From NCBI GenBank assembly GCA_964512655.1, contig CAZEJT010000011.1, positions 2,848 to 66,847 of the forward strand: a stretch of DNA of 64,000 bases. Direction: 5' to 3'. A program made the position numbers and the translations under genes. The notes below the pieces were generated by a model. The model worked only from the letters and a program-made list of their open reading frames with translations, searched no databases and had not been told where the DNA came from. The DNA is from an uncultured Chlorobiaceae bacterium (GTDB taxonomy: Bacteria > Bacteroidota > Ignavibacteria > UBA10030 > SZUA-254). Positions 30,805 to 42,632 of this stretch are shown here, piece by piece (position 1 is the first letter of the stretch; every line of letters starts with the position of its first letter).

Positions 30805-33800
30805 ATGCGTCGGAACATTGGAATCATCTGTGTTCTCATCCTCTTCCTTCGTCTCTTCTCAGCAAGCGCCTTTGCTCAGGGCGGGTCGGTTCTGATCTGC
30901 TCGGGAAGCGGCGGTTTACCGGTCCGGGGGTCAACCGGTGAATTGCCTTCCGGATCCCACTCGGGCGGTCCGGGTGGATCAATCATCATTCAAAGTCTCC
31001 CCGGCTTCATCACAGTTCCCCCGACCGCCCCGCAATCCCCTCCGCCCAAACTTGGTTTCTTCGCGATCTCGGCCTTCTCGGGCACCATGCATTTTGGCCT
31101 CTCCGCCGATACGGGCCACACGTTTACCTTCCACACAGCTCCGTGTTCGGTGAATATGGGAGTAACGCACTCCATGGATTCAGCAGGAGTCAACTACTAC
31201 AACACGGAGCTGCTCTCCATAGGCGCGTCGGGCGGAACACTTCCCCCGGGTGTCGAACTGCGCGAAAGCCCTACGAAGGCCTCTGCCGGCAAAATGTCGA
31301 TCGACTCGCTATCGCCGGGTGAGTTCCGGATCAGCAGCTTCTTCGACGTCTTCATCGAAGTAAGCCTGGACGGGGGGGCGACCTGGAATCCTATCAACGA
31401 CTCAATGCATGTCACGACTCGCCCCGGCCTTCAGCCGGTCAACGTCCACTGCGAGTGTTATCCGTACTCGACGGTGATGCAATTGCGTAGCTGCGGGGAT
31501 ATCACTGTCGCCGGGAATGTCGTCGGAACAGGAAGTCTCATCACGTGCGATTACTCCGCGGCGATGTTCGCGCAGGGCACATCTCCGGCATTCATCTCTG
31601 TCCAGGGGAAATCGGTCCTCGACCCCTCTTCGGATGCGGGCGTTGCCCTCTACTCGGCGGGAACCACGAACCTCTTGCCCGCGGAACCGCCGTCGGGGTA
31701 CTACAGTACTGAAATGCTGTCGCTCAATCTCTTCGGGGGAAACCTGCCCGCCGGCACGCTTGTCAGGGAAAGCCCCAGCAAGGCATCGCGTGGGCAGATC
31801 ATCGCGACCCAAAATCTGGATAGTTCCTACAACATCAGCAGTTTCTTCGACGTCTTCTTCGAGGTAAGCACGGATGGAGGAGGCACCTGGTCTGCCGCCG
31901 ATCGCCCGGTCTATTTCGACATTCAATCGTCGGGAAATCTCTCCCCCGGCTCCGGCGGATCCATTTCTATGTGCACGCCGGGCAGCGGCCTTCCGGTTCA
32001 GGCAGGGTACAGTGAGCTCCCTGCGGCTGCTCATCAGGGGAACGGAGGATCGATCAGCCTTCTGAGTCTTTCCCCGACGATTACGTCCACGGGGAGCCCC
32101 GGTGCCGCACCCGCGCTCGGTCTCATCTCGTTCCCCTCCATCGCCGGCACGTTCAAAGGCGCCCTCTCCACCGACGGAGGAGTAAACTTTACCCCCTATA
32201 CGGCACCCGTGAGCGGTACCGTTATCGTCGCCCACGCGAAGGATAGCGCGGGGATTCAATCAATCTATACAGAGATGCTTTCGCTGAGCATCTCGGGAGG
32301 GAATCTGCCGGGGAACGTGAGGCTTCGGGAAAACCCGAATAAGCTTTCCTCCGGCCACGCGAGGATAGATACGGGCTCCGGGGGATACCGGGTGGACAGC
32401 TTTTTCGACATATTCTTTGAAGTGAGCCTTGACGGCGGAGGAACCTGGACGCAGATCGTCGATTCGATGCGGATCGCGGCTCGCCCGGTCCCAAAGGCCG
32501 TCCGGGCCAAGAATGATTCGCTCCCGGCAAAGCCGGCCCACACCTCTCTCCCGAACTGCAGCCACGAGGGACCGTCCCTTGCCGCGCCGGTCGCCACTCT
32601 CGGGGTGCCGAACAGTGTCCTGGCAAGCGGTTACCTCGCCGAGATCAGAAACCTGAGATTCGACACGACCGTCAACTACGCTCCTCCCTCTGTAGGCGGC
32701 TCCAGAACAGATCCGGTGCATGGGAAGGCCACCGTTTCGATATCCACCGACGGAGGAGCGACGTTCACAAATTACGACGAGTCATTCACCGGAAGCGTGC
32801 ACACTCAGGGCACATTTGCGGCGGGAAGCGACCGCTACTACGACACCGAGATGCTCTCACTGGACATCTCGGGGGGAGCGTTTCCTCTGGGGACGATGGT
32901 GAGGGAAAGCCCCACCAGGGCGTCGCGCGGTCAGACGACGATCACGTCTCTTCCGGGAGGCCAGTTCAACGTGACCAGCTTCTTCGATGTCTGGATCGAA
33001 CTCAGTACTGACGGAGGAGCCACATGGATGCCCATGGCAGGAGCGGATCACATCGCGCTCACACCGGCCGTTACCCTCGCCGTCAACTCCGGCTGGAACA
33101 TGGTCTCTCTCCCCACGGGGAAAACGAACGTCCAGATCCCGGCTCTCTTCACCACAGCGGTTTCAAAAGGATATTATTACGACGGCTCCGGATATCAGGT
33201 GAGCACGACGATGAATCACGCCCTCGGGTACTGGCTGAAGTGCAACGCGGGAGAAGCGATCGGCCTTGACGACACACCGCTTGCCTCTGACACGGAGAAC
33301 GTTCTTACAGGATGGAACATGATCGGAGCGATCGGTTCGCCGATCGCAGTCACAGGAATCGGAAGCGTCCCCGGCGGGATCATCACATCCAGATTTTTCG
33401 GCTACGCCGGGAGTTATGCACCCGCGGAAACTCTCCGCCCGGGCGCGGGATATTGGGTGAAGGTAAACCAGAATGGAAAACTGGCACTATCGACAGGCGC
33501 GGTGGCAACGCCCTCGGCACGCATACGGATTCAGCCCGACGGCGAAATGCCCCCGCCTCCCCCCGAGGGCCAGAGCGGATCGGCCGCCCTCCCGAAGGCA
33601 TTTGCGCTGGAGCAGAACTATCCCAACCCGTTTAACCCGGCCACCACGATTTCGTACGCCCTCCCTCAATCCTCCAGAGTCCGGCTCTCGGTTTTCAATA
33701 TGCTGGGGCAGGAGATTGCGGTCCTCGCAGACGGGTTGGAGAGCGCGGGCTACCGGTCGGCGACCTTCGACGCGGGCTCGATTCCGAGCGGCGTCTATTT

Positions 33801-33891
33801 TTATCGCTTGCGGGTGAGCCCGCCGTTCGACGGCGTCTCGTCGCCGCACGGCCTCTTCACGGACGTGAAAAAACTCGTGGTGATCCGATAA
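30805..33891 (+). CDS. T9SS-secreted protein with four internal repeats
   Basis: GGAGG RBS, signal peptide, 4x TE(M/L)LS...RE(S/N)P...SFFD(V/I)xxE.S.DGG.TW, C-terminal LEQNYPNPFNP...GVYFYRL...KKLVVIR sorting domain. Confidence 0.88.
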   Translation: MRRNIGIICVLILFLRLFSASAFAQGGSVLICSGSGGLPVRGSTGELPSGSHSGGPGGSIIIQSLPGFITVPPTAPQSPPPKLGFFAISAFSGTMHFGLSADTGHTFTFHTAPCSVNMGVTHSMDSAGVNYYNTELLSIGASGGTLPPGVELRESPTKASAGKMSIDSLSPGEFRISSFFDVFIEVSLDGGATWNPINDSMHVTTRPGLQPVNVHCECYPYSTVMQLRSCGDITVAGNVVGTGSLITCDYSAAMFAQGTSPAFISVQGKSVLDPSSDAGVALYSAGTTNLLPAEPPSGYYSTEMLSLNLFGGNLPAGTLVRESPSKASRGQIIATQNLDSSYNISSFFDVFFEVSTDGGGTWSAADRPVYFDIQSSGNLSPGSGGSISMCTPGSGLPVQAGYSELPAAAHQGNGGSISLLSLSPTITSTGSPGAAPALGLISFPSIAGTFKGALSTDGGVNFTPYTAPVSGTVIVAHAKDSAGIQSIYTEMLSLSISGGNLPGNVRLRENPNKLSSGHARIDTGSGGYRVDSFFDIFFEVSLDGGGTWTQIVDSMRIAARPVPKAVRAKNDSLPAKPAHTSLPNCSHEGPSLAAPVATLGVPNSVLASGYLAEIRNLRFDTTVNYAPPSVGGSRTDPVHGKATVSISTDGGATFTNYDESFTGSVHTQGTFAAGSDRYYDTEMLSLDISGGAFPLGTMVRESPTRASRGQTTITSLPGGQFNVTSFFDVWIELSTDGGATWMPMAGADHIALTPAVTLAVNSGWNMVSLPTGKTNVQIPALFTTAVSKGYYYDGSGYQVSTTMNHALGYWLKCNAGEAIGLDDTPLASDTENVLTGWNMIGAIGSPIAVTGIGSVPGGIITSRFFGYAGSYAPAETLRPGAGYWVKVNQNGKLALSTGAVATPSARIRIQPDGEMPPPPPEGQSGSAALPKAFALEQNYPNPFNPATTISYALPQSSRVRLSVFNMLGQEIAVLADGLESAGYRSATFDAGSIPSGVYFYRLRVSPPFDGVSSPHGLFTDVKKLVVIR

Positions 33892-33918
33892 ACCGCAACC
33901 AAAGGTGAAGTGAGCCCC

Positions 33919-34467
33919 ATGCACAGATTCCGAGTTGTCCTCCCTGGCTTCCTCGCGGCGATCCTCTCGACGAGTGCGCTCGCTCAGTGGCCCGCCCCCC
34001 AGACTCCCGTGATCCCTGAATCGGACGGCTACATCCTCATTCCAAAAGCCGCCGAGAGGCCAAAGAAGGATCATGTGTACAAGGCCGTCTTCGAGGCGAC
34101 TCAATTCCCGGAACACGCGAACCAGCTTCTCCCCGCGCTCAACAACGCGGGCTCCGAGCTGAACGCGCTCGGCGTGGAGGGGGTCCCCCGCGAGAACAGG
34201 AAATTCGTCGTCGTGTTTCACGGCGCCTCGCTCGACGGCCTCCTCGATGACGCGCACTACAAGGAGCGGTATGGAGTCAAGAATCCCAACCTCAAGGTGC
34301 TCTCGGAATTCAAACGCGAGGGGGTGAAACTCTACGTCTGCGGTCAGAATCTGGCCAGCGAAAAAATCGACCCGGCCACCATCACTCAGGACGTGACGCT
34401 CGCGAGCGACGCGCTGATTGTCCTTATGCATTTCGAGAATAACGGGTATGCTCACCTGACCTTCTGA
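33919..34467 (+). CDS. Periplasmic DsrE-family protein
   Basis: Signal peptide, VVVFHG, NPN, GVKLYVCGQN, GY terminus. An alternative GTG start lies at 33910. Confidence 0.85.
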   Translation: MHRFRVVLPGFLAAILSTSALAQWPAPQTPVIPESDGYILIPKAAERPKKDHVYKAVFEATQFPEHANQLLPALNNAGSELNALGVEGVPRENRKFVVVFHGASLDGLLDDAHYKERYGVKNPNLKVLSEFKREGVKLYVCGQNLASEKIDPATITQDVTLASDALIVLMHFENNGYAHLTF

Positions 34468-34659
34468 ATTCCCCCCCGCACCGTTTCCGGGGCCTCCCTG
34501 AGGCGTGGAACGCCGATGGCCTGCGGACTGTTTAGATCTACTAAGAAGCCCATGCTAATTCGCGAACGTTAGGAGTCTTATCGTAATCCTGCGAGGTGCC
34601 GTTGGCGCCTCTTCTTCCCTCTTCTGCGGCCTTCCCGCCGCCCTCGGATGCCCAATTTC

Positions 34660-34688
34660 TTGACTTTCTGCGCAATTTCACGTAAATT
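34660..34688 (+). promoter_or_regulatory. Sigma70 promoter of the uppS-bamA-lpx operon
   Basis: TTGACT-N17-TAAATT. Confidence 0.6.
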
Positions 34689-34713
34689 TTGAGCGATAGG
34701 TCCCCCGATCCGC

Positions 34714-35560
<847 letters not shown>

Positions 35561-35574
<14 letters not shown>

Positions 35575-37987
35575 GAAGCTCTTCGCTGTCATATTCCCCG
35601 TCCTCGCGTTCAGTTTCATCCTCTGCCGGCCGGAGGCGTACGGCCAGAGGCCCAATCCCGAGACCTACAAGATCATGGGCATCTCCGTCGAGGGCAACAA
35701 TCCTCAGACGGGGACCGAATCGAGCGCCATCATCGCGAACTCTGGCCTGAAGGTCGGGGACGAGATCTCGATTCCCGGCGAGCAGGCCCACGCGGCGATC
35801 ATGAAGCTCTGGGCGCTGCGCATTTTTTCCGACATCCAGGTCCTCGTCGACCACAAGACCCAGGACGGCGTCTATCTTCTCCTCAGGGTGAAGGAATACC
35901 CCCGGTTTGAGAGCCTGTCGATCCATGGCGCCGACGATGTGAGCGAAGACGACGTCAAGAAAAAGGTCACGCTCACGAAAGGGCAGATTCTCACGCCCCA
36001 GGACACCAGCAAAGTCATCGCGGCGGTCAAGCAGTTGTACGAGGAGGAAGGACACCTCCTTGCGCGCGTCACATCCCAGCTTGCCGCGGAGGACTCGTCG
36101 AAGCCGAACCGGATGACCCTCAGGCTCTCGATCGACGAAGGACCGAGCGTTACGATCGACAGGGTCCACGTCCTCGGGACCTCCGCCTTCAGCGAAGACG
36201 ACCTGAAAGGGCAGCTCGACGATACGAAGGAGAAGACCTGGTGGCACTTCTGGTCGCATCCAAAGTTCGACAAGAAGAAGTTCGAGGCCGACAAGGAGAA
36301 GCTCCTGAAGTTCTACAGGAAGAACGGCTACCTCGACGCCGAGGTCGTCTCGGATACGACGTGGTACAGCGCCGACAAGCGAAAAATCGAGGTGCAGCTG
36401 ACCGTGCGCGACGGGCCGCAGTACAAAGTGAGAAGCATCACCTGGGAAGGAAACGCCGTCTACAAGCCCGAGGTGCTCAACGAGCGCCTGCAGTTCCACC
36501 CCGGCCAGGTCTTCGACGAGGAGAAGTTCGAGCAGAACCTCCGGGGAAGCCCTGATCAGAACGACGTCGCGTCCCTCTATCTCGACAACGGATACCTGAA
36601 GTTCAATCTCCTTCCCGAGGTGAAGCGCATGCGCTGCGATTCGCAAACGGTGGGCGCGTGCGACAGTGTCGATATCACAGTCCGCGTCTACGAGCGAAAC
36701 CAGTTCCACATCGGGCAGGTCGACATCAAGGGGAACAAGAAAACCCATGACAACGTCATCCGCCGCGAGCTCTTCACGCGTCCGGGCGACTTCTTCAACC
36801 GGTCGGCCATCATCCGGAGCCTCCGTCAGCTCTCCCAGCTCAATTACTTCAACCCGGAAAAACTCAAGCCCGACACGAGGCTCGTCGACGACCAGACCGT
36901 CGACCTGATCTACGAAGTCGAGGAGAAGTCGAGCGACAACGTGAACGCCTCCGTCGGCTACAGCGGCGCCTTCGGCGTCACGGGGGCCCTCGGGTTCACC
37001 ATCAACAATTTTGCGATCTCCGAGCCCCTGTCGGGGGGCGCCGGCCAGGTGCTGAACTTCGACTGGCAGTTCGGCGAGGGGTCGAGGTTCCGCACCTTTT
37101 CGCTGAGCTTCACCGAGCCCTGGCTCTACGACACGCCGACGACGCTCGGAATCAGCCTCTTCGATACGCGCCAGATTTACATCTACGACCTCCAGCAGAC
37201 CGGCTTGTCCGTCCGCGTCGGGCGGGGCCGGTTGAGCTGGCTCGACGTCTATTCCCGCCTCGATTACACTCTGCGCTTCCAGCGGAACGACGTCAACGAC
37301 AACGGGGGCAATCCGCTCTACCGCGTCGGCAAAACGAACCAGGTGAGCCTGACCCAGACGATCTCGAGGAACAGCACCGACAGCCCGATCTTCGCGACGA
37401 CCGGGTCGGTCGTCTCCCTCACCGCCGAGGTCTCGGGCGGCCCGCTCCTCCCCGGCAACGTCGGGTACCACAAGTGGCTCTTCAACGCCGATTGGTACTC
37501 GCCGCTCTTCAATTCGGGGCGGCTCGTCCTCTTCTCCTCGACGAGCCTCGGCTACGTCGACGCGTTCCACAACGATTACGAGATTCCGCCGATCGAATAC
37601 TTCTACATGGGAGGAACGGGTCTCGGGTTCGCGGCAACCACTCCTCTGCGCGGCTACGACGACCAGAGCGTCGGTCCCCGCAACAACTCGGGTCCGGCCG
37701 GCGGGCGCGTCCTCGAGAAGCAGACCTTCGAACTGCGACTCGCGGTCACGCTTAACCCGATCCCGATCTACTTCCTCGGATTCGCCGAGGCGGGCAATGT
37801 CTTCACCGACTTCCACCACGCCAACTTCCCCGACGTGAAGCGCTCGTACGGCTTCGGGGCGAGGCTTCTGATCAATCCCATCGGACTGATCGGGTTCGAC
37901 TACGGCTACGGCGCGGACCACGTCCTTTCCACCGACGGGGGTCCCGACGGATGGAGATTTCATTTTCAATTCGGCCGGGGCTTCTGA
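35561..37987 (+). CDS. bamA: Outer membrane protein assembly factor BamA
   Basis: POTRA repeats, LRGY loop-6 motif, terminal FQFGRGF. Confidence 0.96.
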
Positions 37988-38034
37988 CCGGCTTCACCGG
38001 TGGACGCATCTATTCACAACTGTATGAGGAAATC

Positions 38035-38583
38035 GTGAAACGACTCGCAGCAATTCTCTCTCTCTTCATTCTCACACTCGCCGCTCCCTCTTCCGGGCTT
38101 CGCGCTCAGGGCCTGAAAATCGGATTCGTCAATTCCGCTAAGGTCCTGCAGGAATTCCCCGAAGCCATGGAGGCCCAGCAGAAGCTCGACGCGATGGGCA
38201 AGGGGTGGCAGGGCCAGCTTGAGCAGATGGACAAGGAGTTTCAGGCGAAGTACGCCGAGTTCCAGAAGAAGGAAGCCCTCCTGAACGACCAGGAGAAGAG
38301 GACCCAGCGCGACGATCTTCTCCAGCTTCAGCAGAAAGGGCTTGCGTTCCGGCAGGAGAAGTTCGGCAACGAGGGAGAGCTCGCCATCGCGACCGATTCC
38401 CTCCTTCGCCCGATCAAGCAGAAGGTCATGAAGGTCATCGAGGCGGTCGCCAAGGACCAGAAGCTCAACTTCATGTTCGACCGGAACGAACAGATCCTGG
38501 TGCTCCTGTACGGGGAGCAGAAGTACGACTACACGAATCTCGTGATCGACCGCCTCAAACGGGGCGGCTCGGCAAACAAATAA
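38035..38583 (+). CDS. skp: OmpH/Skp chaperone
   Basis: GTG start after GAGG; KIGFVNS, coiled coil, MFDR...LLY...DYT. Confidence 0.9.
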   Translation: MKRLAAILSLFILTLAAPSSGLRAQGLKIGFVNSAKVLQEFPEAMEAQQKLDAMGKGWQGQLEQMDKEFQAKYAEFQKKEALLNDQEKRTQRDDLLQLQQKGLAFRQEKFGNEGELAIATDSLLRPIKQKVMKVIEAVAKDQKLNFMFDRNEQILVLLYGEQKYDYTNLVIDRLKRGGSANK

Positions 38584-38608
38584 CACATGTCTTGAGAAGG
38601 TGACCCTT

Positions 38609-39139
38609 ATGAAAGCAACAGCAATGGTCCTCTGCGCCCTGGCGCTCTGCGCCGCCGGCCTCCGGAGGGCGGATGCCCAGGCAAAGATCGGATGGATCAA
38701 TTCGGCCGCCATCATGGACAAGCTCCCCGAGGCGCAGGACGCCCAGCGCCAGATCGACAATACCGTGGGCCAGTGGCAGTCCGAGCTCTCCAAGATGCAG
38801 AGCGAGTGGCAGTTGAAGTACGAAGAGTATGACAAGAAGAAGCTGATCCTCACGGACCAGCTCCGCGCCCAGACGGAGAAGGATCTGCAGGATCTCGACA
38901 AAAAAATTGCCGACTACCGGAACAAGAAATTCGGGCAGAACGGCGAGCTCTTCCAGAAGCAGAACGAGCTGATGAAGCCGGTGCAGAACAAGATCTTCAA
39001 GGTGCTCGAGGACATCGCGAAGGAAGAGAACTACGACTACGTGTTCGACAAGAGCGGCGACATCCTTCTGATGTACACCAACGACAAGTACGACCTCACG
39101 GCGAAGGTATTCGACCGCATGACGAGCTTCAATAAATGA
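38609..39139 (+). CDS. skp: OmpH/Skp chaperone (second copy)
   Basis: KIGWINS...[17 protein letters not shown]...YDYVFDK. Confidence 0.92.
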   Translation: MKATAMVLCALALCAAGLRRADAQAKIGWINSAAIMDKLPEAQDAQRQIDNTVGQWQSELSKMQSEWQLKYEEYDKKKLILTDQLRAQTEKDLQDLDKKIADYRNKKFGQNGELFQKQNELMKPVQNKIFKVLEDIAKEENYDYVFDKSGDILLMYTNDKYDLTAKVFDRMTSFNK

Positions 39140-40212
39140 AGCTGACCGACATCGCCGTGCTCCTCGATGGGGAGGTTGTGGGGAACGGCGGCGTGGATAT
39201 CGAACGGGTCGCAAAGATCGAGGACGCGGGCAGGGGCGATATCACCTTCCTCGCAAACCAGAAGTACAAAAAGCACGTGAACACGACCGCGGCATCTGCC
39301 ATCCTGGTGTCGCGGGACCTCCCCCTGGGAGAGTTCGAGGGCCGGAAGGGCCCGCTGGCATTCGTGAAAGTGGCAGACCCGTACATGTCCTTCCTCCGCC
39401 TCATCGACAGATTTCATCCAGCTCCTGCACCGCTTAGGAGAGGCATCCATCCCTCCGCTCTCGTGGCCAAGTCCGCCCGCATTTCCCCGGACGCCGCAAT
39501 CGGCGCCCTTGTATCCGTCGGCGAGGAGTGCGCGATAGGAGCGGGAGTGTCGATCCATGCCGGGTCGGTCATCGGTGACGGGGTTGAGATCGGCGACGGG
39601 TCGCTCCTCTATCCCAATGTGGTTGTCCGTGAGGGGTGCAGGATCGGGAAACGCGTCATCATACATCCAGGGGCCGTCATCGGAAGCGACGGCTTCGGCT
39701 TCGCCCCCACACCCGACGGCGCTTACGAGAAGATTCCCCAGCGCGGCATTGTCGTGATCGATGACGACGCAGAAGTGGGAGCCAACTGCACGATCGACCG
39801 GGCCACGCTCGGAGAGACGCGCATCGGCAGGGGCGTCAAGCTCGACAACCTGATCCAGATCGCGCACAACGTGGTCATCGGCGACAACACGGCGATTGCG
39901 GCCCAGGCAGGAATATCAGGGAGCACGAAGCTTGGAAAGAACTGCGCCGTAGGCGGCCAGGCCGGCCTCACCGGACACCTCGAGATAGCCGATCGCACTA
40001 CCATCCTCGCCCAGTCGGGAGTCCACAAATCCGTCCGCGAACCCGGCCAGCTCTGGTTCGGCTATCCGGCGAGGGAGAGAAGCGACGCCCTGCGGATCGA
40101 ATCGGCGCTGCTCCGGCTTCCCGCCCTCATCAACGAAATCAGGGAGCTCCGGAACCGCGTCAGGGAGCTTGAGGAAACTCTTCAGGCGCGCGAATCGCGC
40201 CCCATCCAGTAG
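39136..40212 (+). CDS. lpxD: UDP-3-O-(3-hydroxyacyl)glucosamine N-acyltransferase
   Basis: Hexapeptide repeats, [27 protein letters not shown]. Confidence 0.97.
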   Translation: MKLTDIAVLLDGEVVGNGGVDIERVAKIEDAGRGDITFLANQKYKKHVNTTAASAILVSRDLPLGEFEGRKGPLAFVKVADPYMSFLRLIDRFHPAPAPLRRGIHPSALVAKSARISPDAAIGALVSVGEECAIGAGVSIHAGSVIGDGVEIGDGSLLYPNVVVREGCRIGKRVIIHPGAVIGSDGFGFAPTPDGAYEKIPQRGIVVIDDDAEVGANCTIDRATLGETRIGRGVKLDNLIQIAHNVVIGDNTAIAAQAGISGSTKLGKNCAVGGQAGLTGHLEIADRTTILAQSGVHKSVREPGQLWFGYPARERSDALRIESALLRLPALINEIRELRNRVRELEETLQARESRPIQ

Positions 40213-40226
40213 AGGAGGAACGACAC

Positions 40227-41639
40227 ATGCTGGTCCACCAACGAACCATTAAGCAGCCCGTCTCTCTGACCGGCGTCGGCCTGCATACGGGAGTGACGAC
40301 GAAGATGACCTTTCTCCCTGCCGCGATCGACACGGGCATCAGGTTTCGGCGGTCGGACCTCCCCGGAAAGCCGGAAATCCCGGCTGTGGTCGATCTCGTC
40401 GTGGAAGTGGAGCGGGGAACGACTCTCCGGCAGGGAGAAGCCAAGGTTCACACCGTCGAGCACGTCCTCGCCGCGGCGGTCGGGCTTCAGATCGACAACC
40501 TCATCATCGAACTGGACAACGTCGAGCCGCCGATCATCGACGGGAGCGCCCAGCCGTTCGCGGAGGCGCTGATGAAGGCGGGGTTCGTCCAGCAGGATGC
40601 CCCGAAGGACTACCTGATCATAGACCAGCCGGTGCGGTACACCGATGAGAAAAACGGCGTCGACATCGTGGCCCTTCCCACCGACGAGTACCGCATGACC
40701 GTGATGATCGACTACCAGAACCCGGCGCTCGGGAGCCAGCACACCGGGCTCTTCGATCTTGAGAAGGAGTTCGTCAAGGAGTTTTCGCCGGCACGGACCT
40801 TCTGCTTTCTCCATGAGGTCGAATCTCTCCACGCCCAGGGCCTGATCAAGGGCGGAAACCTCGACAACGCGATCGTGATCGTAGACCACGATATGACCGA
40901 GGACGACGCGGCGCGGATCATGAAAAAGGTCAGGCTTACCAAGACGCACGTGATCGGAAAGAACGGGATACTCGACAACAAGCAGCTCCGGTTCAAAAAC
41001 GAGCCCGCGAGGCACAAGCTTCTCGATCTTATGGGCGATCTCGCTCTGATCGGCGTGCCCTTCAAAGCGCAGATCCTCGCCGCGCGCCCCGGCCACGCGA
41101 GCAACGTCGAGTTCGCCAAGAAGATCCGGAAGCTCTATAAGCAGGAAAAGTTCGTCAAAAAATACCAGTTCGTGAAGAAGGAGGGCGTAGTCTTCGACAG
41201 CACCGCCCTTCTGAAGATCCTCCCGCACCGTTTCCCGTTCGTTCTGGTCGACAAGATCACCGAGTTCAAGATGGACGAACGGATCGTCGGAGTCAAGAGC
41301 GTCTCCTCCGGCGAATGGTTTTTCCAGGGACATTTCCCCGGAAGGCCGATCATGCCCGGAGTGCTGATCTGCGAGGCGATGGCCCAGACAGGGGGCGTGC
41401 TCCTCCTCAACGGGCTCGACAACCCCGACGGAAAGCTGGCGATGTTCACGAGCATCAACAATTGTAAGTTCCGCAGGCCGGTAGTCCCCGGCGATCAGCT
41501 CCACATCGAAGTCACGATCGTCAACCGGCGATCCAAGCTCGCGCAGCTGCAGGGCAAGGCATTCGTCGGCGGCGAGCTCGCTGCGGAAGCCGAGTTCGGC
41601 GCCGCGATCGTCGACAGAGACGAGACTCCGGCCCGGTAG
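40227..41639 (+). CDS. lpxC: Bifunctional LpxC deacetylase / FabZ dehydratase
   Basis: GVGLHTG, TVEH, ARTF, RHKLLD (LpxC) fused to LPHRFPFVLVD, FQGHFP..PIMPGVLICEAMAQ (FabZ). Confidence 0.97.
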   Translation: MLVHQRTIKQPVSLTGVGLHTGVTTKMTFLPAAIDTGIRFRRSDLPGKPEIPAVVDLVVEVERGTTLRQGEAKVHTVEHVLAAAVGLQIDNLIIELDNVEPPIIDGSAQPFAEALMKAGFVQQDAPKDYLIIDQPVRYTDEKNGVDIVALPTDEYRMTVMIDYQNPALGSQHTGLFDLEKEFVKEFSPARTFCFLHEVESLHAQGLIKGGNLDNAIVIVDHDMTEDDAARIMKKVRLTKTHVIGKNGILDNKQLRFKNEPARHKLLDLMGDLALIGVPFKAQILAARPGHASNVEFAKKIRKLYKQEKFVKKYQFVKKEGVVFDSTALLKILPHRFPFVLVDKITEFKMDERIVGVKSVSSGEWFFQGHFPGRPIMPGVLICEAMAQTGGVLLLNGLDNPDGKLAMFTSINNCKFRRPVVPGDQLHIEVTIVNRRSKLAQLQGKAFVGGELAAEAEFGAAIVDRDETPAR

Positions 41640-41648
41640 CCGCTGGTT

Positions 41649-41789
41649 GTAGGCGCTGTTTGCCCGCGCCGATTGTCTGCTCTGGTTGTAGGCGCCGGCT
41701 TGAGCCGGCGTGCGTTTCGTCCCGGCACGCTCTGTGCCACTCTACGCGCCGTCGTATCGCGCGGATGTAGCCGCGGGCTTTAGCCCGCG
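41649..41789 (+). repeat. Cluster of four GTAG hairpins between lpxC/fabZ and lpxA
   Basis: Degenerate copy 41649-41670, REP-A 41688-41712, an unrelated minus-strand GTAGAGTGGCACAGAGCGTGCCG at 41723-41745, and REP-A variant 41767-41789. Confidence 0.8.
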
Positions 41790-41846
41790 CTCTTTTCAGC
41801 GTTGCCGGACGGCCCTGAAGAAAACTTTTGCACAACTCATTCCTTT

Positions 41847-42632
41847 ATGAGCACTTCCGTACATAACACAGCGATCGTAAGCCCCAAAGCACAACTTGGT
41901 GATAATGTCGTCATCGGCCCCTTCGCGGTCGTCGAGGACGATGTTATTATCGGGAACGGCACCCATATACATTCACATGTCTTCGTCGCAAATGGAGCCC
42001 GGATCGGGAAGGAGTGCAAGATTCACCACGGCGCTGCCGTCTCCACCCAGCCCCAGGATCTTAAGTTCCGGAACGAGATTACAACCCTCGAACTCGGAGA
42101 CCACACCGTCGTCAGGGAGTATGCCACGCTCAATCGCGGGACGCACGAGCGCTGGAAAACGACCATCGGCAGCCACTGCTTCTTCATGGCCTATGCCCAC
42201 GTGGCCCACGACTGTGTGGTCGGGAATCACGTCATCCTCGCGAATGCGGTCAACATGGGCGGGCATGTCGTCATCGAGGATCACGCGGTCGTTGGGGGTG
42301 TTGTGGCGATCCACCAGTTCTCCCACATCGGCCGACATTCCATGATCGGGGGCGGGTTTCGCGTCACCAAGGACGTTCCACCCTATGTCCTCGCCGGTCA
42401 GGAGCCGCTGGCTTTCAGCGGACTCAACATCGTGGGCTTGCGCCGCCGCAATTTTTCTCAGTCAGTCCTCGATAATCTCGAGAAGGCATACCAGATCGTG
42501 TACCACAACCAGCTGAACGTGTCGCAGGCGCTCGAAAAGATCAAGACCGAGCTTCCCATGACCGAAGAGGTGCGCAACGTGGTGGAGTTCATCGAAAAGA
42601 GCAAGCGCGGAATTATCTGGACCCGCAGATGA
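41847..42632 (+). CDS. lpxA: Acyl-ACP--UDP-N-acetylglucosamine O-acyltransferase
   Basis: PQDLKF, HVAHDC, HQF, KDVPPY, GLNIVGLRRR; start MSTSV (41847). Confidence 0.97.
   Translation: MSTSVHNTAIVSPKAQLGDNVVIGPFAVVEDDVIIGNGTHIHSHVFVANGARIGKECKIHHGAAVSTQPQDLKFRNEITTLELGDHTVVREYATLNRGTHERWKTTIGSHCFFMAYAHVAHDCVVGNHVILANAVNMGGHVVIEDHAVVGGVVAIHQFSHIGRHSMIGGGFRVTKDVPPYVLAGQEPLAFSGLNIVGLRRRNFSQSVLDNLEKAYQIVYHNQLNVSQALEKIKTELPMTEEVRNVVEFIEKSKRGIIWTRR

Noticed and set aside
37987-38001. ACCGGCTTCACCGGT hairpin after bamA
   Set aside because: Too short, and lacks the GTAG foot needed to assign it to REP-A or the U-tract of a terminator.
40227-41639. LpxC-FabZ fusion and duplicated skp as novelties
   Set aside because: Both are standard in Bacteroidota/Chlorobi-related genomes.
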